A DNA stretch of 64,000 nt from Bdellovibrionales bacterium (GCA_965262715.1 OZ253553.1:1-64000); one strand, 5' to 3'; numbered from the stretch's first letter, positions 38,909 through 49,728 are shown. The notes: generated by a model from the letters alone, not told the origin. Translations and numbers: made by a program.

Positions 38909-39151
38909 CAAAATATAAATGGAAAAGCCTGTTCAATAGAATGTCCCTTTTTTACGTTATTTATTTGTATTTAACGAAAAAATGGAACATATCTTTTATA
39001 AGGTCGTTAAATGATCAATTGGAACTGAATTCAATTAAAAAGAACCAAAACGATGAAGTCAGGAGAAAAGGCCAAAATAAGCTCCATAGAGTAAGAATAC
39101 AAATGCACTTTCAATAGACTGTCCAATTATTTTTGGAGCTTGTCTTTTTAT

Positions 39152-39604
39152 CTAAAAAACTGATTTAAATATTCTTATTAGAGGTGTATCAGGAAGAGTT
39201 GTAGAAGGTTCTTTTTCAATTTTTTCTCTAACATCCTTTAACTTCTTGTTGACAGCATCAATATCTACAAAAGATTGGAAATATTTAGTAACCTTATCAA
39301 GAAAGGCTTCTTCTTCTTGACTCATAACACGATCTTTCCAGAAAAGTAGACGAGTAAAATAAACAGATTGGGATCGATGACCTGGCTCTGTGATTTTAGG
39401 TAAAATTTCATCTATGGATGCTGGATCTTTCAGCTCTTTTCTTAATATTTGTTTTTCATTTTCATCTAGTTCTAGAGATTTAATGTAAGAGTTTATCATG
39501 TCTACTTCTTTTTCATGCACATTATGATCAACATGAACTGCTAAAACCACTAATCTCCACATATTAAAGAAACTTTCTGATGACATTACTAAAAACCTCC
39601 TCAA
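39152..39604 (-). CDS. TerB-like (tellurite-resistance B fold) protein
   Basis: LAVHVDHNVHEKE and D..MSQEEEAFL paired helical motifs; start may be MSSES. Confidence 0.65.
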   Translation of the reverse strand: MRRFLVMSSESFFNMWRLVVLAVHVDHNVHEKEVDMINSYIKSLELDENEKQILRKELKDPASIDEILPKITEPGHRSQSVYFTRLLFWKDRVMSQEEEAFLDKVTKYFQSFVDIDAVNKKLKDVREKIEKEPSTTLPDTPLIRIFKSVF

Positions 39605-40057
39605 ACTAACTTATTATTATAACTTTTCTACTTGAAAACAACAAAAACTATACCTTATAAAGCTTGCTCCTGACTCGAAGTTTTTCCCTGAGTAAGAACA
39701 CTTCCTCGATCACTGCCATATCTGTAGTATATCTATGGCAATGACAAACATAACGATCTCCACAAAGTTCGAGCCTTGACGCTGATGCCACTGCTTCACT
39801 GTTCCGATGAAAAATTATCCTCTATCGCCTGTTATTGCACTACAGATTGTCATATTGAATCAGTAAGAAATATTATATCCTACTAAATACCAAAATTCAA
39901 TTTTTCTTAAGATATTATGATAAAAATTCTTAAAGAAGCAAAAGCAGATATTGATTTTTACTCTAACAAGGCAAAAGCTTATAAAAAACTTCTAGAATCT
40001 GCAATAAAGACTTTGCTATATTTCAAAGAAAGAACTAAAGAAAAACTAAAAACAAGT

Positions 40058-40296
40058 CCTGGCTTCATCGTTTTACACATACTTCATTTAATAATTTTAA
40101 TAGTTTATGTGTTTCAGGTGTCACTACATTTGCTTGTTATTTGAGAGAGCTTTGGAAGTGTATGTTAAGTTAGTTTTTGTCTTCTCCTATAAGTTTTGTT
40201 TGAGAAAATTTGATATTAAGAGCTTCATAAATATGTCTTTGAAGGTTTGTGACATTTGAAGGTAGAATAAATTTTCTTCCTGTTATCTTATCCAAA
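40058..40296 (-). mobile_element. IS1634-like 3' remnant
   Basis: Minus-strand fragment DKITGRKLFLPSNVTNLQRHIYEALNI*, then tgtagtgac and a terminal ...gaagccagg. Confidence 0.45.
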
Positions 40297-40335
40297 TCAT
40301 GAGTGGAGATATCTAGTATTTCAGTTACTCTACTA
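40297..40335 (-). repeat. Island module, junction motif only
   Basis: tcatgagtggagatatcta matches 41661-41679 and 58945-58963; 40498-40530 also resembles 41709-41740. Confidence 0.6.
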
Positions 40336-40340
40336 ATTTC

Positions 40341-40441
40341 ACTCAAAATAAACCAGCCTCTGGCTGTTTTTGGGCAATCAGCGTGATGGTTAACACCATC
40401 AGCAAAATGCTGATTGCCTCAAAAATTTGTTTATTTTGAGT
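40341..40441 (+). repeat. Structured repeat family A, copy 3
   Basis: actcaaaataaac/gtttattttgagt outer stem, cagcc-tct-ggctg and tgatggt-taac-accatca hairpins. Confidence 0.75.
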
Positions 40442-40632
40442 AGATAGATACTCTTCTTTTTTTACACAATATTAAGGAAAATTTATCTTTTTTTATAATA
40501 TGCAATAATGGTCCTCAAATCTACAAGTATCTAAAAAATATAAAAGCAATATTAATGAAATTAAGATATTGACTTTGTTAATTTTTAGTATATACTGAAA
40601 ATATGATGATATGCCTGCGGCAGTTTTAGAAC

Positions 40633-40923
40633 ATGAAATTTGAATGGGATGAAAATAAATCAAAGCAAAACTTAAAAAAGCATGGAATCCACTTCTTTCT
40701 AGCAGTCACTGTTTTTGATGATCCTTTTGCTTTAATTGCGCCAGATGAAAAACATTCTACTGCAACTGAAAAACGAAAGTGGATTATAGGAAAATCTGAT
40801 AAAGGAGTTCTCGTTGTTGTTTTTACTATAAGGCTTCATCAAACTTATCGCATCATTAGTGCTAGAAAAGCAAATAAAAAGGAGAGAGAAAATTATGAAA
40901 AATATAAAAGAATTTCCATTTGA
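40633..40923 (+). CDS. BrnT-family toxin (DUF497)
   Basis: FEWDENK..NLKKHGI.F and RIISARKA motifs; TTGACT-16-TATACT upstream. Confidence 0.92.
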   Translation: MKFEWDENKSKQNLKKHGIHFFLAVTVFDDPFALIAPDEKHSTATEKRKWIIGKSDKGVLVVVFTIRLHQTYRIISARKANKKERENYEKYKRISI

Positions 40924-41161
40924 AAAATCTAGACGTATTACAGAAAAAGAAGCTTCTGCTGCTGCAAAAGCTATTGAAAAAGTAACAGGTAAAAAACGTC
41001 AGGCAAGAGGAAGGCCTATAAAGATAGAAAAAGACAAATATATTCCTATTTCTATCAGATTACATCCAAGAGTTTTAAAATGGGCTAAAAGAGAAGCAAA
41101 AGAAAGAAAAATAGGTTACCAAAGTATCATAAATGAAATATTAATGAAAAAATCTATTTAA
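40895..41161 (+). CDS. BrnA-family antitoxin
   Basis: RGRP, ISIRL and GYQSIINEIL motifs; overlaps the toxin 3' end. Confidence 0.88.
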   Translation: MKNIKEFPFEKSRRITEKEASAAAKAIEKVTGKKRQARGRPIKIEKDKYIPISIRLHPRVLKWAKREAKERKIGYQSIINEILMKKSI

Positions 41162-41258
41162 GTTTCAATAATCGTTGATTTTCCATATGTAATTTATAGG
41201 TTTTATTTGTATTAATTACAACCTATTTATTACATTTCTTTTTTTCAACAATATATTT

Positions 41259-41700
41259 TTTAAATCATTAGAAAGGTAGCTTTGTGTTAGTGAGCTTTCT
41301 GGCAAACCTTTCTGAGGATGAAAGTCCTTTTTTAGTCCTACCTGTGGTTAATTTCTCAACATCAAATAAAAGCTCTTTGGCGTGGGTAACCTGATCTAAA
41401 TAGCAATGATATGTTTATGATAATTTTAATGAGTGTTTTCATTATTTCCTCCTGTTTTTAAAAATTTGTGTATATTCTTTATAATTTTGTGTTTTCTTAA
41501 AGCTCTTAAAATAGAGCTTTTTGACCATGAAGATTGAGTTAGCTCCTCAATATCACGAGTGGAAAGCTTGAAATCAACATAGAGTTTCCATAATATTTTA
41601 ACGCTTTTTTTTTTTGGAGTGTTAAGAAAATGTGTAATAAATAAAGATACATGGCCAGAATCATAAGTGGAGATATCTAATACTTCCCTTACTCCATCAT
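41259..41700 (-). repeat. Island module, complete copy (part A HTH-like ORF 41426-41716 plus part B)
   Basis: Aligns end to end with 54241-54660. Confidence 0.9.
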
Positions 41701-41917
41701 ACCAACCAATATGCAATAATGGTACTCAAACTAGCAAGCAGTTGAAGAATCGTTTTAGGAGACAAACTTAAATTGTGCATTCTTGATCCATTTCCATTTT
41801 TTAATAAATTAATTTCTTTAAACCAATGTGTTAATTACTAAATTAAAAAGCGTTCTGTCTTGACAACAAAACTTAAAATCTATTTTTAGAAAAAGTTCGG
41901 ATTAGTTTCAACAGTGT

Positions 41918-42748
41918 TTATAAATCTAATTGTCTATAAGTCCTTTTTACTATTCGAAAAACATTTTCATATTCAGGTAATTCTTTAAACATTTGAATTG
42001 AAAGCCTCTTATCCCATAATTTTTTAAGACGTTTTTCTTTTTTTAGAAATTCACCACTTCTTTCTTTAAGTGAACTACCCTTAAATTTTAATTTTCTATC
42101 AACATATTCATTAAGGTTATCTAAATCTACTTTTGCTTCAGAAATGAGATAATAGAAATCAAATAAATCTCTAGGTTCGTTTCTAAATGGTGTAAAAAGT
42201 GTACAAGTTTTCTCAATAGCAATTTCTTTCAATGAATAAACTCTTACAGTTGGATTTTGTAGAAAGTCAGAATATTCTTCATAAGTTTTAATAATACTTT
42301 TTTCTTCCACAGAATCAACTAAAATCTCCCTATAAGTGATATCAATCTTTATTTCTTTTGCTTTCCCTGGAAATGGACCAATATAAGAGATATAAAAGGT
42401 GTGAGTGTTATATGTTGATATCTCTTGCCTAACATGGCTAAACTGAATCCCCACTTCTTTCTTTATCTAAGAGAAAGTTGCTTCGAACTCCTTTAAAATT
42501 TCTTTAAGAGATATTTCTTGTATAAGTGTGAAATCTAAGTCTTCCGAAAAACAATAATCGCTGAAATAACAACGTCTAAGAGCTGTACCTCCTTTAAAAA
42601 TAAGATGGTCCCTTAACTTTGAATTGGAAAGACCAAATAAAAACCATGCAAGACAGTAATCTTTTTCAATAACAGCTTCAGGGACCTTACGCATTCCATC
42701 TTGATAAACCCTATTTGAAATAAGTGAAATATTTCTTTGTGGAATCAA
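41918..42748 (-). pseudogene. AbiEii-family nucleotidyltransferase toxin with an in-frame TAG at 42467-42469
   Basis: EKDY, FKGGTAL, FSEDLDF and EK...RDLFD motifs; both track ORFs are in the same frame. Confidence 0.88.
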
Positions 42749-42750
42749 AC

Positions 42751-43093
42751 TTATGTCCTTATTACAGCTTTAAACTCTTCTTCTAATATATTAAGTCTCA
42801 AATGCCACCTGGAGTCATATCTTCCTTCGTCTATAAGACATGGATCCAAAAGAAGATATTTTTTACTAATTTTATTTTTTAACTTCTTTAAAAGGCTTTC
42901 TTCTGCAACTTGATAAACATCTAATAGGAAACCCAGTCTTCTAAAAACAACTCCTATATTAACTTTAAATGCATATTTAACTAACTTATTTATATTAATT
43001 TTATTTCTTTTTATCCATAAACCTTTTGCAACTTCAGTGATCCCTCCGCAATACTGAGGGAGTTTAAGACCATCAATAATTGTTTTTTCAATA
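42751..43093 (-). pseudogene. AbiEi-family antitoxin, 5' part removed at the IS30 junction
   Basis: EKTIID..P.YCGG..E, RRLGFLL and W.L..N motifs; abuts the IS30 TIR. Confidence 0.82.
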
Positions 43094-44432
43094 GGTGGAT
43101 TCAAGTTGCAAGTGCAACTCCTTGCATAGTTATTTAAAGTGGGTTAGAGGAATACTCTAATCAATAACTTTACATAACGAAAGGAGTATTCCATGAGTAA
43201 GTACACTCATCTAACCCAAAGTGATAGATACCAGATTTTAGCTTTTTTGCAAAGTGGAAAATCAATAAGTTCAATTGCTACGCAACTAGGTCGAGATAAA
43301 AGCACCATATATAGGGAATTGAATCGTAACAAAGGTTTGCGAGGTTATCGTCCTCAACAAGCCCATGAAAAAGCAGTCGATCGTCTTCAAAACTCTCATA
43401 GACATATAAAGATAACACAAAAAGTCATTAATAAGCTTGAGAGGTTTCTTCGTGATCGTTTGAGTCCGGAACAGATATCCGGTTTTCTTAAACGAAAAGG
43501 TTTGTCTATAAGTCATGAGAGTATTTATCAGCATATTCTTGGAGATAAGCAATCAGGAGGAGATCTCTACAAATTTTTAAGATGTCAGAAGCAACGCAAG
43601 AAGCGATATGGTACAAGTAGATTTGATAAAAGGGGTCAGATAAAGAATAGAGTGAGCATTGATAAAAGGCCTAAGATAGTAGATAAGAAGCTTCGGATAG
43701 GAGACTGGGAAGGTGATCTAATGATAGGTAGACATCATAAAGGAGCTTTAGTCACTCTGGTAGATAGATGTTCTAAGAAGACGAGGATTGTCAAAATAGA
43801 ATCTAAGAGTTCTGAGGCAGTTTTTCATGCTATTTCTAAAGCTCTTAAAGGAGAGGTTGTTCATACAATGACTTTGGATAATGGTAAAGAGTTTTCGTGT
43901 CATGAGAAGATCAGTGAATATACTGGATGTAAAGTTTATTTTGCACATCCTTACAGTTCCTATGAGAGAGGTTTAAATGAGAACACGAATGGTTTAATCC
44001 GTCAGTATTTTCCAAAGAAGACAGATTTTAGAGAAGTCACCTCTAAGGATGTAAAAAAGGTTGAGTCTCTTTTAAACCATCGCCCTCGAAAGAGTTTAGG
44101 TTTTCTAACCCCTAATGAGTTTCATAGACAAAAGATGGTTTGCTGAAGTTATTCATAGTTTATCCATTTAATTTTACTTATATATAATAACTTCTGAAGA
44201 TGCTTATTTGACAGCTTGATGTTTATGGCAGAGGATCGTTCTTCCGCAGAGCTTTAGCTCGGGGACTACTTTGGCTTTGCCATAAACATCAAAATACATT
44301 CATTCAAATTAAATAATTTACTATAATCTTTCATGATAATTAAAACTTTGTTGAAATATTAATCTTAAAATGATACAACTTTTAAAAATATCTATAAACA
44401 TAAAAGAGTTGCACTTGTGATTTGAAGTTACG
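43094..44432 (+). mobile_element. IS30-family element, copy 2 (inverted relative to copy 1)
   Basis: TIRs ggtggattcaagttgcaagtgcaactc / gagttgcacttgtgatttgaagttacg. Confidence 0.93.
43193..44146 (+). CDS. IS30-family transposase
   Basis: 317 aa; about 26 substitutions versus copy 1 by manual comparison; GDWEGD intact. Confidence 0.95.
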   Translation: MSKYTHLTQSDRYQILAFLQSGKSISSIATQLGRDKSTIYRELNRNKGLRGYRPQQAHEKAVDRLQNSHRHIKITQKVINKLERFLRDRLSPEQISGFLKRKGLSISHESIYQHILGDKQSGGDLYKFLRCQKQRKKRYGTSRFDKRGQIKNRVSIDKRPKIVDKKLRIGDWEGDLMIGRHHKGALVTLVDRCSKKTRIVKIESKSSEAVFHAISKALKGEVVHTMTLDNGKEFSCHEKISEYTGCKVYFAHPYSSYERGLNENTNGLIRQYFPKKTDFREVTSKDVKKVESLLNHRPRKSLGFLTPNEFHRQKMVC

Positions 44433-44509
44433 AAATAATATATATACCAAAGCTAGCTTATAAACTGAGAGAGTAATTTAAATCAACAGTCTCACTTTGA
44501 TAAAATGCT

Positions 44510-44608
44510 AAAATGACTACTGAGAGTAGTCATTTTTTTAGTTATTCAAATAATATCTTGCAAATACTTTGATAAAGTACTAAAATGACTACTATGAGTA
44601 GTCATTTT
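44510..44608. promoter_or_regulatory. Two 11-5-11 inverted-repeat operators (probable AbiEi autoregulatory sites)
   Basis: aaaatgactac-N5-gtagtcatttt at 44510-44536 and 44582-44608. Confidence 0.75.
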
Positions 44609-45391
44609 GATGGAAAAATAAAGAAGCTTCAACACCTTTTACCTACTAATGGGATTATCACCCAACAGTGCATGGACTTATATGGCATATACCGTCAGCT
44701 TTCAAGGAAATATGTTTTAAGTGGTTGGCTTGAGCGTGTGGGGAATGGAGCTTTTAAAAGACAAGGTAATAATGTGAGCTGGGAAGCAGCCTTAAATGCC
44801 ATACAAAAGCAATTGAAATCACCTGTGCATATTGGAGCCAAGTCTGCTCTAGAAATCAAAGGAGGGGGTCATTATTTAAAACTAGGTCGTTATTTTAAGA
44901 TGTTTCTTTTTTCATATACCACCACATGCAATCTTCCTAAGTGGTTTTATGATCAAAATTGGAAATTAAGATTTATGCTTATTAAGACAAACTTATTTCC
45001 TGAAGGCTTTGAGGTAGGACATACAAAAGAAGAGATGAAGGGCTTTGAGGTGGTTCTCTCATCAAAAGAACGAGCTATATTTGAGCTTCTGTACCTCATA
45101 CCGAAGCACCAAACATGGAATGAGGCTGATCTCATATTTGAAAACCTTGTGTCTCTTCGACCCAAAGAAATACAAATTCTATTAGAGAAGTGTTCCTCTA
45201 TAAAAGTTAAGAGAATGTTCTTATTCTTTGCTGAACGACATAATCACCAATGGTTTAAAAAATTAGATCTTAAAAAAATTGATCTTGGATCGGGAGACCG
45301 ACTTATTCACAAAAAAGGAAAACTGGATAAAAAATATCGAATCACTGTTCCTAAATCTTTATTGAGTGAGAATAATTATGACAAAGACTAG
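44585..45391 (+). CDS. Type IV TA antitoxin, AbiEi family
   Basis: SGWLERVGNGAF, SSKERAIFELL, LLEKCSSIKVKRMF and IDLGSG motifs; start may be 44594. Confidence 0.88.
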   Translation: MTTMSSHFDGKIKKLQHLLPTNGIITQQCMDLYGIYRQLSRKYVLSGWLERVGNGAFKRQGNNVSWEAALNAIQKQLKSPVHIGAKSALEIKGGGHYLKLGRYFKMFLFSYTTTCNLPKWFYDQNWKLRFMLIKTNLFPEGFEVGHTKEEMKGFEVVLSSKERAIFELLYLIPKHQTWNEADLIFENLVSLRPKEIQILLEKCSSIKVKRMFLFFAERHNHQWFKKLDLKKIDLGSGDRLIHKKGKLDKKYRITVPKSLLSENNYDKD

Positions 45392-46304
45392 CTTTAAAGG
45401 ACAGGTCATGCTTATGCTTGACTGCCTTACACAAACATTCCCTTCGGACTTATTTGCTCTTAAAGGAGGAACGGCAATTAACTTTTTTATTCGTGATATG
45501 CCACGCCTTTCAGTTGATATTGACCTTACCTATCTCCCTCTTAGTGACAGACAGTCCTCGTTAAAAAATATAGAAGATGAACTTAAGAATATCGCCGGAA
45601 ATATCAGGCGTAACATTAAAGACTCTAAGGTTATTTTGAGTACTACTAAAGATAAATGGATAGATAAAATTATAGTTTCTAGAGGTAGTGTCAATATAAA
45701 GATTGAGCCCAACTTTATTCTTCGAGGAGTGGTTCATCCAATTCAGAGCATAGACCCTTGTAAGAGGGTACAAAATGAATTTGGGTTTTCTTATGAAACT
45801 TCTGTCTTATCATTTGAGGATCTTTATGGAGGAAAAATTTGTGCAGCTTTAGATAGACAACATCCAAGAGACTTATTTGATATAAAATGTCTTCTTGATA
45901 ATGAGGGACTTACAGACTCATTAAGGCAAACTTTTATTGTATACCTTCTCTCCCATTCTCGTCCTATTCACGAAATATTAAAACCTAACTTACTCAATAT
46001 AACAGAAGTTTATGAAGGAGAATTTATGGGAATGGTTACTGAAGGAGAGGAAGCATCTCTTAAAGAACTTCTTTCTACAAGAGAAAGAATAATAGATGAG
46101 ATAAACACTTCGCTCACCAGAGAAGAAAGGAAGTTTATTATCGGATTTCAAAATGCAGAGCCGGACTGGTCAATCTTCCCACTGGAGATTCAATACCTTC
46201 CGGGTATCAAGTGGAAGCTGATAAATTTAAAGAAGTTAAAGTATGATAACTCTTCAAAACACAGTGCTTTGGCTGACAAATTAAGAGAAAAATTAGATTT
46301 TTGA
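45378..46304 (+). CDS. Type IV TA toxin, AbiEii/AbiGii nucleotidyltransferase
   Basis: FALKGGTAINFF, PRLSVDIDL and GGKICAALDRQHPRDLFD motifs. Confidence 0.92.
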   Translation: MTKTSFKGQVMLMLDCLTQTFPSDLFALKGGTAINFFIRDMPRLSVDIDLTYLPLSDRQSSLKNIEDELKNIAGNIRRNIKDSKVILSTTKDKWIDKIIVSRGSVNIKIEPNFILRGVVHPIQSIDPCKRVQNEFGFSYETSVLSFEDLYGGKICAALDRQHPRDLFDIKCLLDNEGLTDSLRQTFIVYLLSHSRPIHEILKPNLLNITEVYEGEFMGMVTEGEEASLKELLSTRERIIDEINTSLTREERKFIIGFQNAEPDWSIFPLEIQYLPGIKWKLINLKKLKYDNSSKHSALADKLREKLDF

Positions 46305-46314
46305 GTGCCCTCAA

Positions 46315-46475
46315 TCTGATGATGAAAATCCTTTTTTAATCCTCTTAGCAGTCATCTGCTCAATATCAAATAAAAGCTCTTTGGCGTGGGTAACCTGATC
46401 CTAATAGTAATGATATATTTACAATAATCTTAATAAATGTTTCCATCCTTTTATTTTCTTCTGTTTTTAAAAATT
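46315..46475 (-). repeat. Island module, part B
   Basis: tcaaataaaagctctttggcgtgggtaacctgatc shared with the 41.4 kb and 54.4 kb copies. Confidence 0.85.
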
Positions 46476-46512
46476 CGTGGCTACGGTGGTATAAGGCAGC
46501 AGTTTAAGTTCT

Positions 46513-47463
46513 TCAAGGCTCATTGGGTGTATTGAGGAACTCTTGCATTAAATGAGTGAGGTGCTGCCAGCTAGCTTCCCCTAGTGATGCCCGATCAATG
46601 ATGAGGTGGTGAATCCTTCTCCTAAGTGTCGAGTCTCGGTTACTGATAGAGGCAAGCTGGATTTGCGGGTGTGGGGAAAAGAGTTCTTGGCTGAGGGGCC
46701 AGCTAATGAATTCATCTTTGGGGTTTATAATGATAAGAGTTGGAGGCATGAGATGAGGGTTGTCTGTAAAGTGTTGGTTGAATTTCTTTCTGCCGTAATT
46801 GAGGGCTGAATAGGCATTGAGGCTGGTTCCGTAGTTAGCCATATAGGACCTAACATTGAGGCTAGGGATGACCAACTGGCCTGACACCATACCAGTCAAG
46901 AAGCGGGAGAGCCGGCGCAGTTGCACAGTAGGGGCAATCCAAATAATTTTTAATTGCTGTTTGACGAGTTCGGGAAATTCGTAGAGTAAATTGCCTTGCA
47001 GAATAGCTCCAATGGAGTAGCCCAAAAAGATTATGGGGTCACCTTGTGCACGCTCAATAAGCTCACATAAGTGAAGCCTCGCATGCTCAAGGAGAACGAA
47101 ATAGTTGGCTGTTTTCATTTCGCGCAAGCTTCCCCGGTGACCATAGAGAGCGGCATTGAGAACATCGTAGCCCAATTGGTTGAAGTGATGGACCATGTCA
47201 GACATGCTACGAGGGTCGTTATTGAGGCCATGAATACTGAGAACCACTCCTTTTCTTTTTTTGGCTTGAGGAGTAAGGAACCATTGGCTGAGCATATCGG
47301 AGTTCAAGGGAACGGAGGAGGCATTGAGTTGTTCCATCCTTGTAATGTCTTGTAATGTATTGTCGCATGGTGAGGAGTAGAGGGGCCGAGAAGTAAGTAT
47401 TGCTGCAGGAATAAAGGAATAAATCGTCATTTTAATCATCGACCCAAGTAAATAATCCAACAT
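46513..47463 (-). CDS. Alpha/beta hydrolase (esterase/lipase-like), visibly more GC-rich than its flanks
   Basis: IHGL oxyanion motif, GYSIG nucleophile elbow, and D and H candidates. Confidence 0.82.
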   Translation of the reverse strand: MLDYLLGSMIKMTIYSFIPAAILTSRPLYSSPCDNTLQDITRMEQLNASSVPLNSDMLSQWFLTPQAKKRKGVVLSIHGLNNDPRSMSDMVHHFNQLGYDVLNAALYGHRGSLREMKTANYFVLLEHARLHLCELIERAQGDPIIFLGYSIGAILQGNLLYEFPELVKQQLKIIWIAPTVQLRRLSRFLTGMVSGQLVIPSLNVRSYMANYGTSLNAYSALNYGRKKFNQHFTDNPHLMPPTLIIINPKDEFISWPLSQELFSPHPQIQLASISNRDSTLRRRIHHLIIDRASLGEASWQHLTHLMQEFLNTPNEP

Positions 47464-47615
47464 TAAAACACCGCCTTTAATTCATGTAACCGTAGACCCC
47501 CTCTTCTGTCTAATACTTCTCAGGGCATCCACTCCATTTTTTCTTTAAATAGCGCAATCTATCATATATAGTCCTCTTACCATCTTCAAAATACTCCTTT
47601 ATTCTCATTCATACT

Positions 47616-47737
47616 TATGATTTTGTGTACCCTTAAAGCCTTTAAAATAGAGTCTTTTGGCGATGAAGGTTGATTTAGCTTCTCAATATCATGAGTGGAA
47701 AGCTTGAGATCGATGTAGAGTTCTTTGTAAAATTTTA
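47616..47737 (-). repeat. Island module, part A (partial)
   Basis: caatatcatgagtggaaagcttgagatc core shared with the other copies. Confidence 0.85.
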
Positions 47738-47793
47738 GGTTTTTTCTCATGTAACTTCTTGATTAATTCAATATAAATGAATGTTGAACAACT

Positions 47794-48243
47794 ATGATTG
47801 ATGTCTGTATATCAGGAAGCTATAACCAAGAGCATGGACCTTTGATTCCTGTAGTCGTCTTTGCTGTAAAAGATATAAGATCTCTTTCAAATATAAACCA
47901 TATAAAAATTCCTTCAAAAGCTCCAAGATATAACGCACTTATTGATACAGGAGCTGGTATAACCAGTATATCAAAGAAAGTGATTGAGGATTTGAACCTG
48001 GAAAAATTCATTGAAAAGAACATTGTTGGTGCCACAGGAAAAGGATCTGTGGATACTTTTATTATTTGTATAGGCCTTTTAAAAAATCTCACGGTTAGAG
48101 AAATTAGAGTTTTACCTCCAATAGAAGCACCTAAGTTTGTTAAAATAAATTTCCCAAATGAAGAAAGAAGTGGAAAGAAAAGCATAAATATCATAGAAGG
48201 TCTATATCAGAAACAGCTATGTATAGATTCAAAACTTTATTAG
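47794..48243 (+). CDS. Retropepsin-like aspartyl protease (C-terminus possibly replaced)
   Basis: ALIDTGA motif; no obvious LLGxD motif. Confidence 0.65.
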   Translation: MIDVCISGSYNQEHGPLIPVVVFAVKDIRSLSNINHIKIPSKAPRYNALIDTGAGITSISKKVIEDLNLEKFIEKNIVGATGKGSVDTFIICIGLLKNLTVREIRVLPPIEAPKFVKINFPNEERSGKKSINIIEGLYQKQLCIDSKLY

Positions 48244-48420
48244 GGGATAAATTATCTTCTAGAGAATTTCAACGTCAGGCAAATGAAGTTTTTATTAAAT
48301 GCAAAATTCTTAATCAGATGTCTGTACCTGTTTCTCTTTCATCTTGATGACAAAATACGAAATAATAACCTTAAAAATAAATGAAAATACAACTTATTTA
48401 AATCTTCATGCAACAACGCC

Positions 48421-48522
48421 AGTCCTTTTTACTATTCGAAAAATATTTTTATATTCAGGTAACTCTTTAAACATTTGAATTAAAAGTCTTTTATCCCATA
48501 ATTTTTTAAGACGTTCTTCTTT
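48421..48522 (-). repeat. Duplicated fragment of the AbiEii 3' end (41939-42041)
   Basis: About 100 bp near-identical by eye. Confidence 0.8.
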
Positions 48523-48591
48523 CTAGAGATAAAAATAAATTTACCAAGTGTTATAATTGATGTGTTTAGATAATCTCAAAAAGATTTTTTT

Positions 48592-49488
48592 TTAAAATGT
48601 AAGGAGATTTTCAGGGCAAGAACTAGAAAGTATAATTTTTTTTATATCGCTTATGTAAGGCTCTATTTCTTCAAAGTCTATTCTTCCATCTGATGATAAC
48701 TCTTCTTCAACTTCTTTTAATAAAGCTAAAAACTCTTCTCTTACTTCCTCTGAAAAAGTTGCTTCGCTATGAATTTCTTCAAATTTCGCTTTGAGATCAG
48801 TTAACACTTCAGGTATAAGACTCGGTGGATTTATTGTTATATTTTCTATTTCATCTTTAACTTCTGAGATCTCTCTTTGAGCTAAGTGTCGCTTTTGTGG
48901 AGCCACTGTTTGAGTTTGAGCTCTTCTTCTTCTCTTTTCTTCTTCGATGCGCGCCCATATAGTTACATTTATTGGGTGGGTGTTAAACTCTTTGGCCACT
49001 TCTTCCAAGTCCTGACCTTGTAAGAGCTTTTCAGCAGCTTGAGACTTTTCTTCTAAACTGAAATCTAGTCCCCTTCGCAGTTGTGAAGCTTCGCCTGTTC
49101 TTTCTCTTTCACTACGTATCAATCTAAATATATCTCCTGGAGTTGTATTAAATTCTGTAGCTAAGTCTTCAAAAGCGACCCCTTCTTCTACCTTTTCAAG
49201 TAACTCTGAAATTCTGTTTTGAGTAAGATGTTGCAGAGTGGAAGGTCGTTGTTGCCTTTGCCGTGGAACTGTCTGCTCATTTGTTCCTTGTCTTGCAGCA
49301 TGAACCCAATTACGAACACTTTGTACACTAGCATTGAATCTTCTTGCTACGTCTGCAACGGTACTACCACCATTTACCATTTGTACAGCTTCTGCTTTTT
49401 GTTCTGGAGTAAAATCAGCAAAAACTAACTCATGACTCAGTAAGAGGATAAAGAAAAAGAAAAGTATATAGCCTTGTAGAAAATTCAT
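48592..49488 (-). CDS. Secreted protein with three HTH-like repeats
   Basis: Signal peptide ending VFA; FTPEQKAEAV..VADVARRF..VRNW and two related repeats. Confidence 0.7.
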   Translation of the reverse strand: MNFLQGYILFFFFILLLSHELVFADFTPEQKAEAVQMVNGGSTVADVARRFNASVQSVRNWVHAARQGTNEQTVPRQRQQRPSTLQHLTQNRISELLEKVEEGVAFEDLATEFNTTPGDIFRLIRSERERTGEASQLRRGLDFSLEEKSQAAEKLLQGQDLEEVAKEFNTHPINVTIWARIEEEKRRRRAQTQTVAPQKRHLAQREISEVKDEIENITINPPSLIPEVLTDLKAKFEEIHSEATFSEEVREEFLALLKEVEEELSSDGRIDFEEIEPYISDIKKIILSSSCPENLLTF

Positions 49489-49728
49489 AAAACATAATCC
49501 TTATGATATGGTTATTTCAAGCTCTTACATTATTTGTTCAAATAAATCTAGGTTTTTTGTTACTATTTAAAGATTCTTTAGAATCTAAATAATTTAAATC
49601 AGTCTTGTTTTTAAAAGCATTCAAAATTATGTCTTTTTAGTTTATAAGGTTTCTATGATGTAATAAATAACTAAAATCACTCTATATTTTTAGTAAACCC
49701 TGGAATGAACTTTTTCAAGTTATTTTAA

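Noticed and set aside
38845..39117. 90-aa ORF
   Set aside because: Starts inside the IS30 right-end remnant and has no recognisable motif
39917..40144. 75-aa ORF
   Set aside because: Its 3' part runs through a putative IS end; probably a chance fusion
30018..44432. Composite transposon formed by the two inverted IS30 copies
   Set aside because: The copies differ at about 26 residues and the only shared outer flank is an uninformative AA; independent insertions are equally likely
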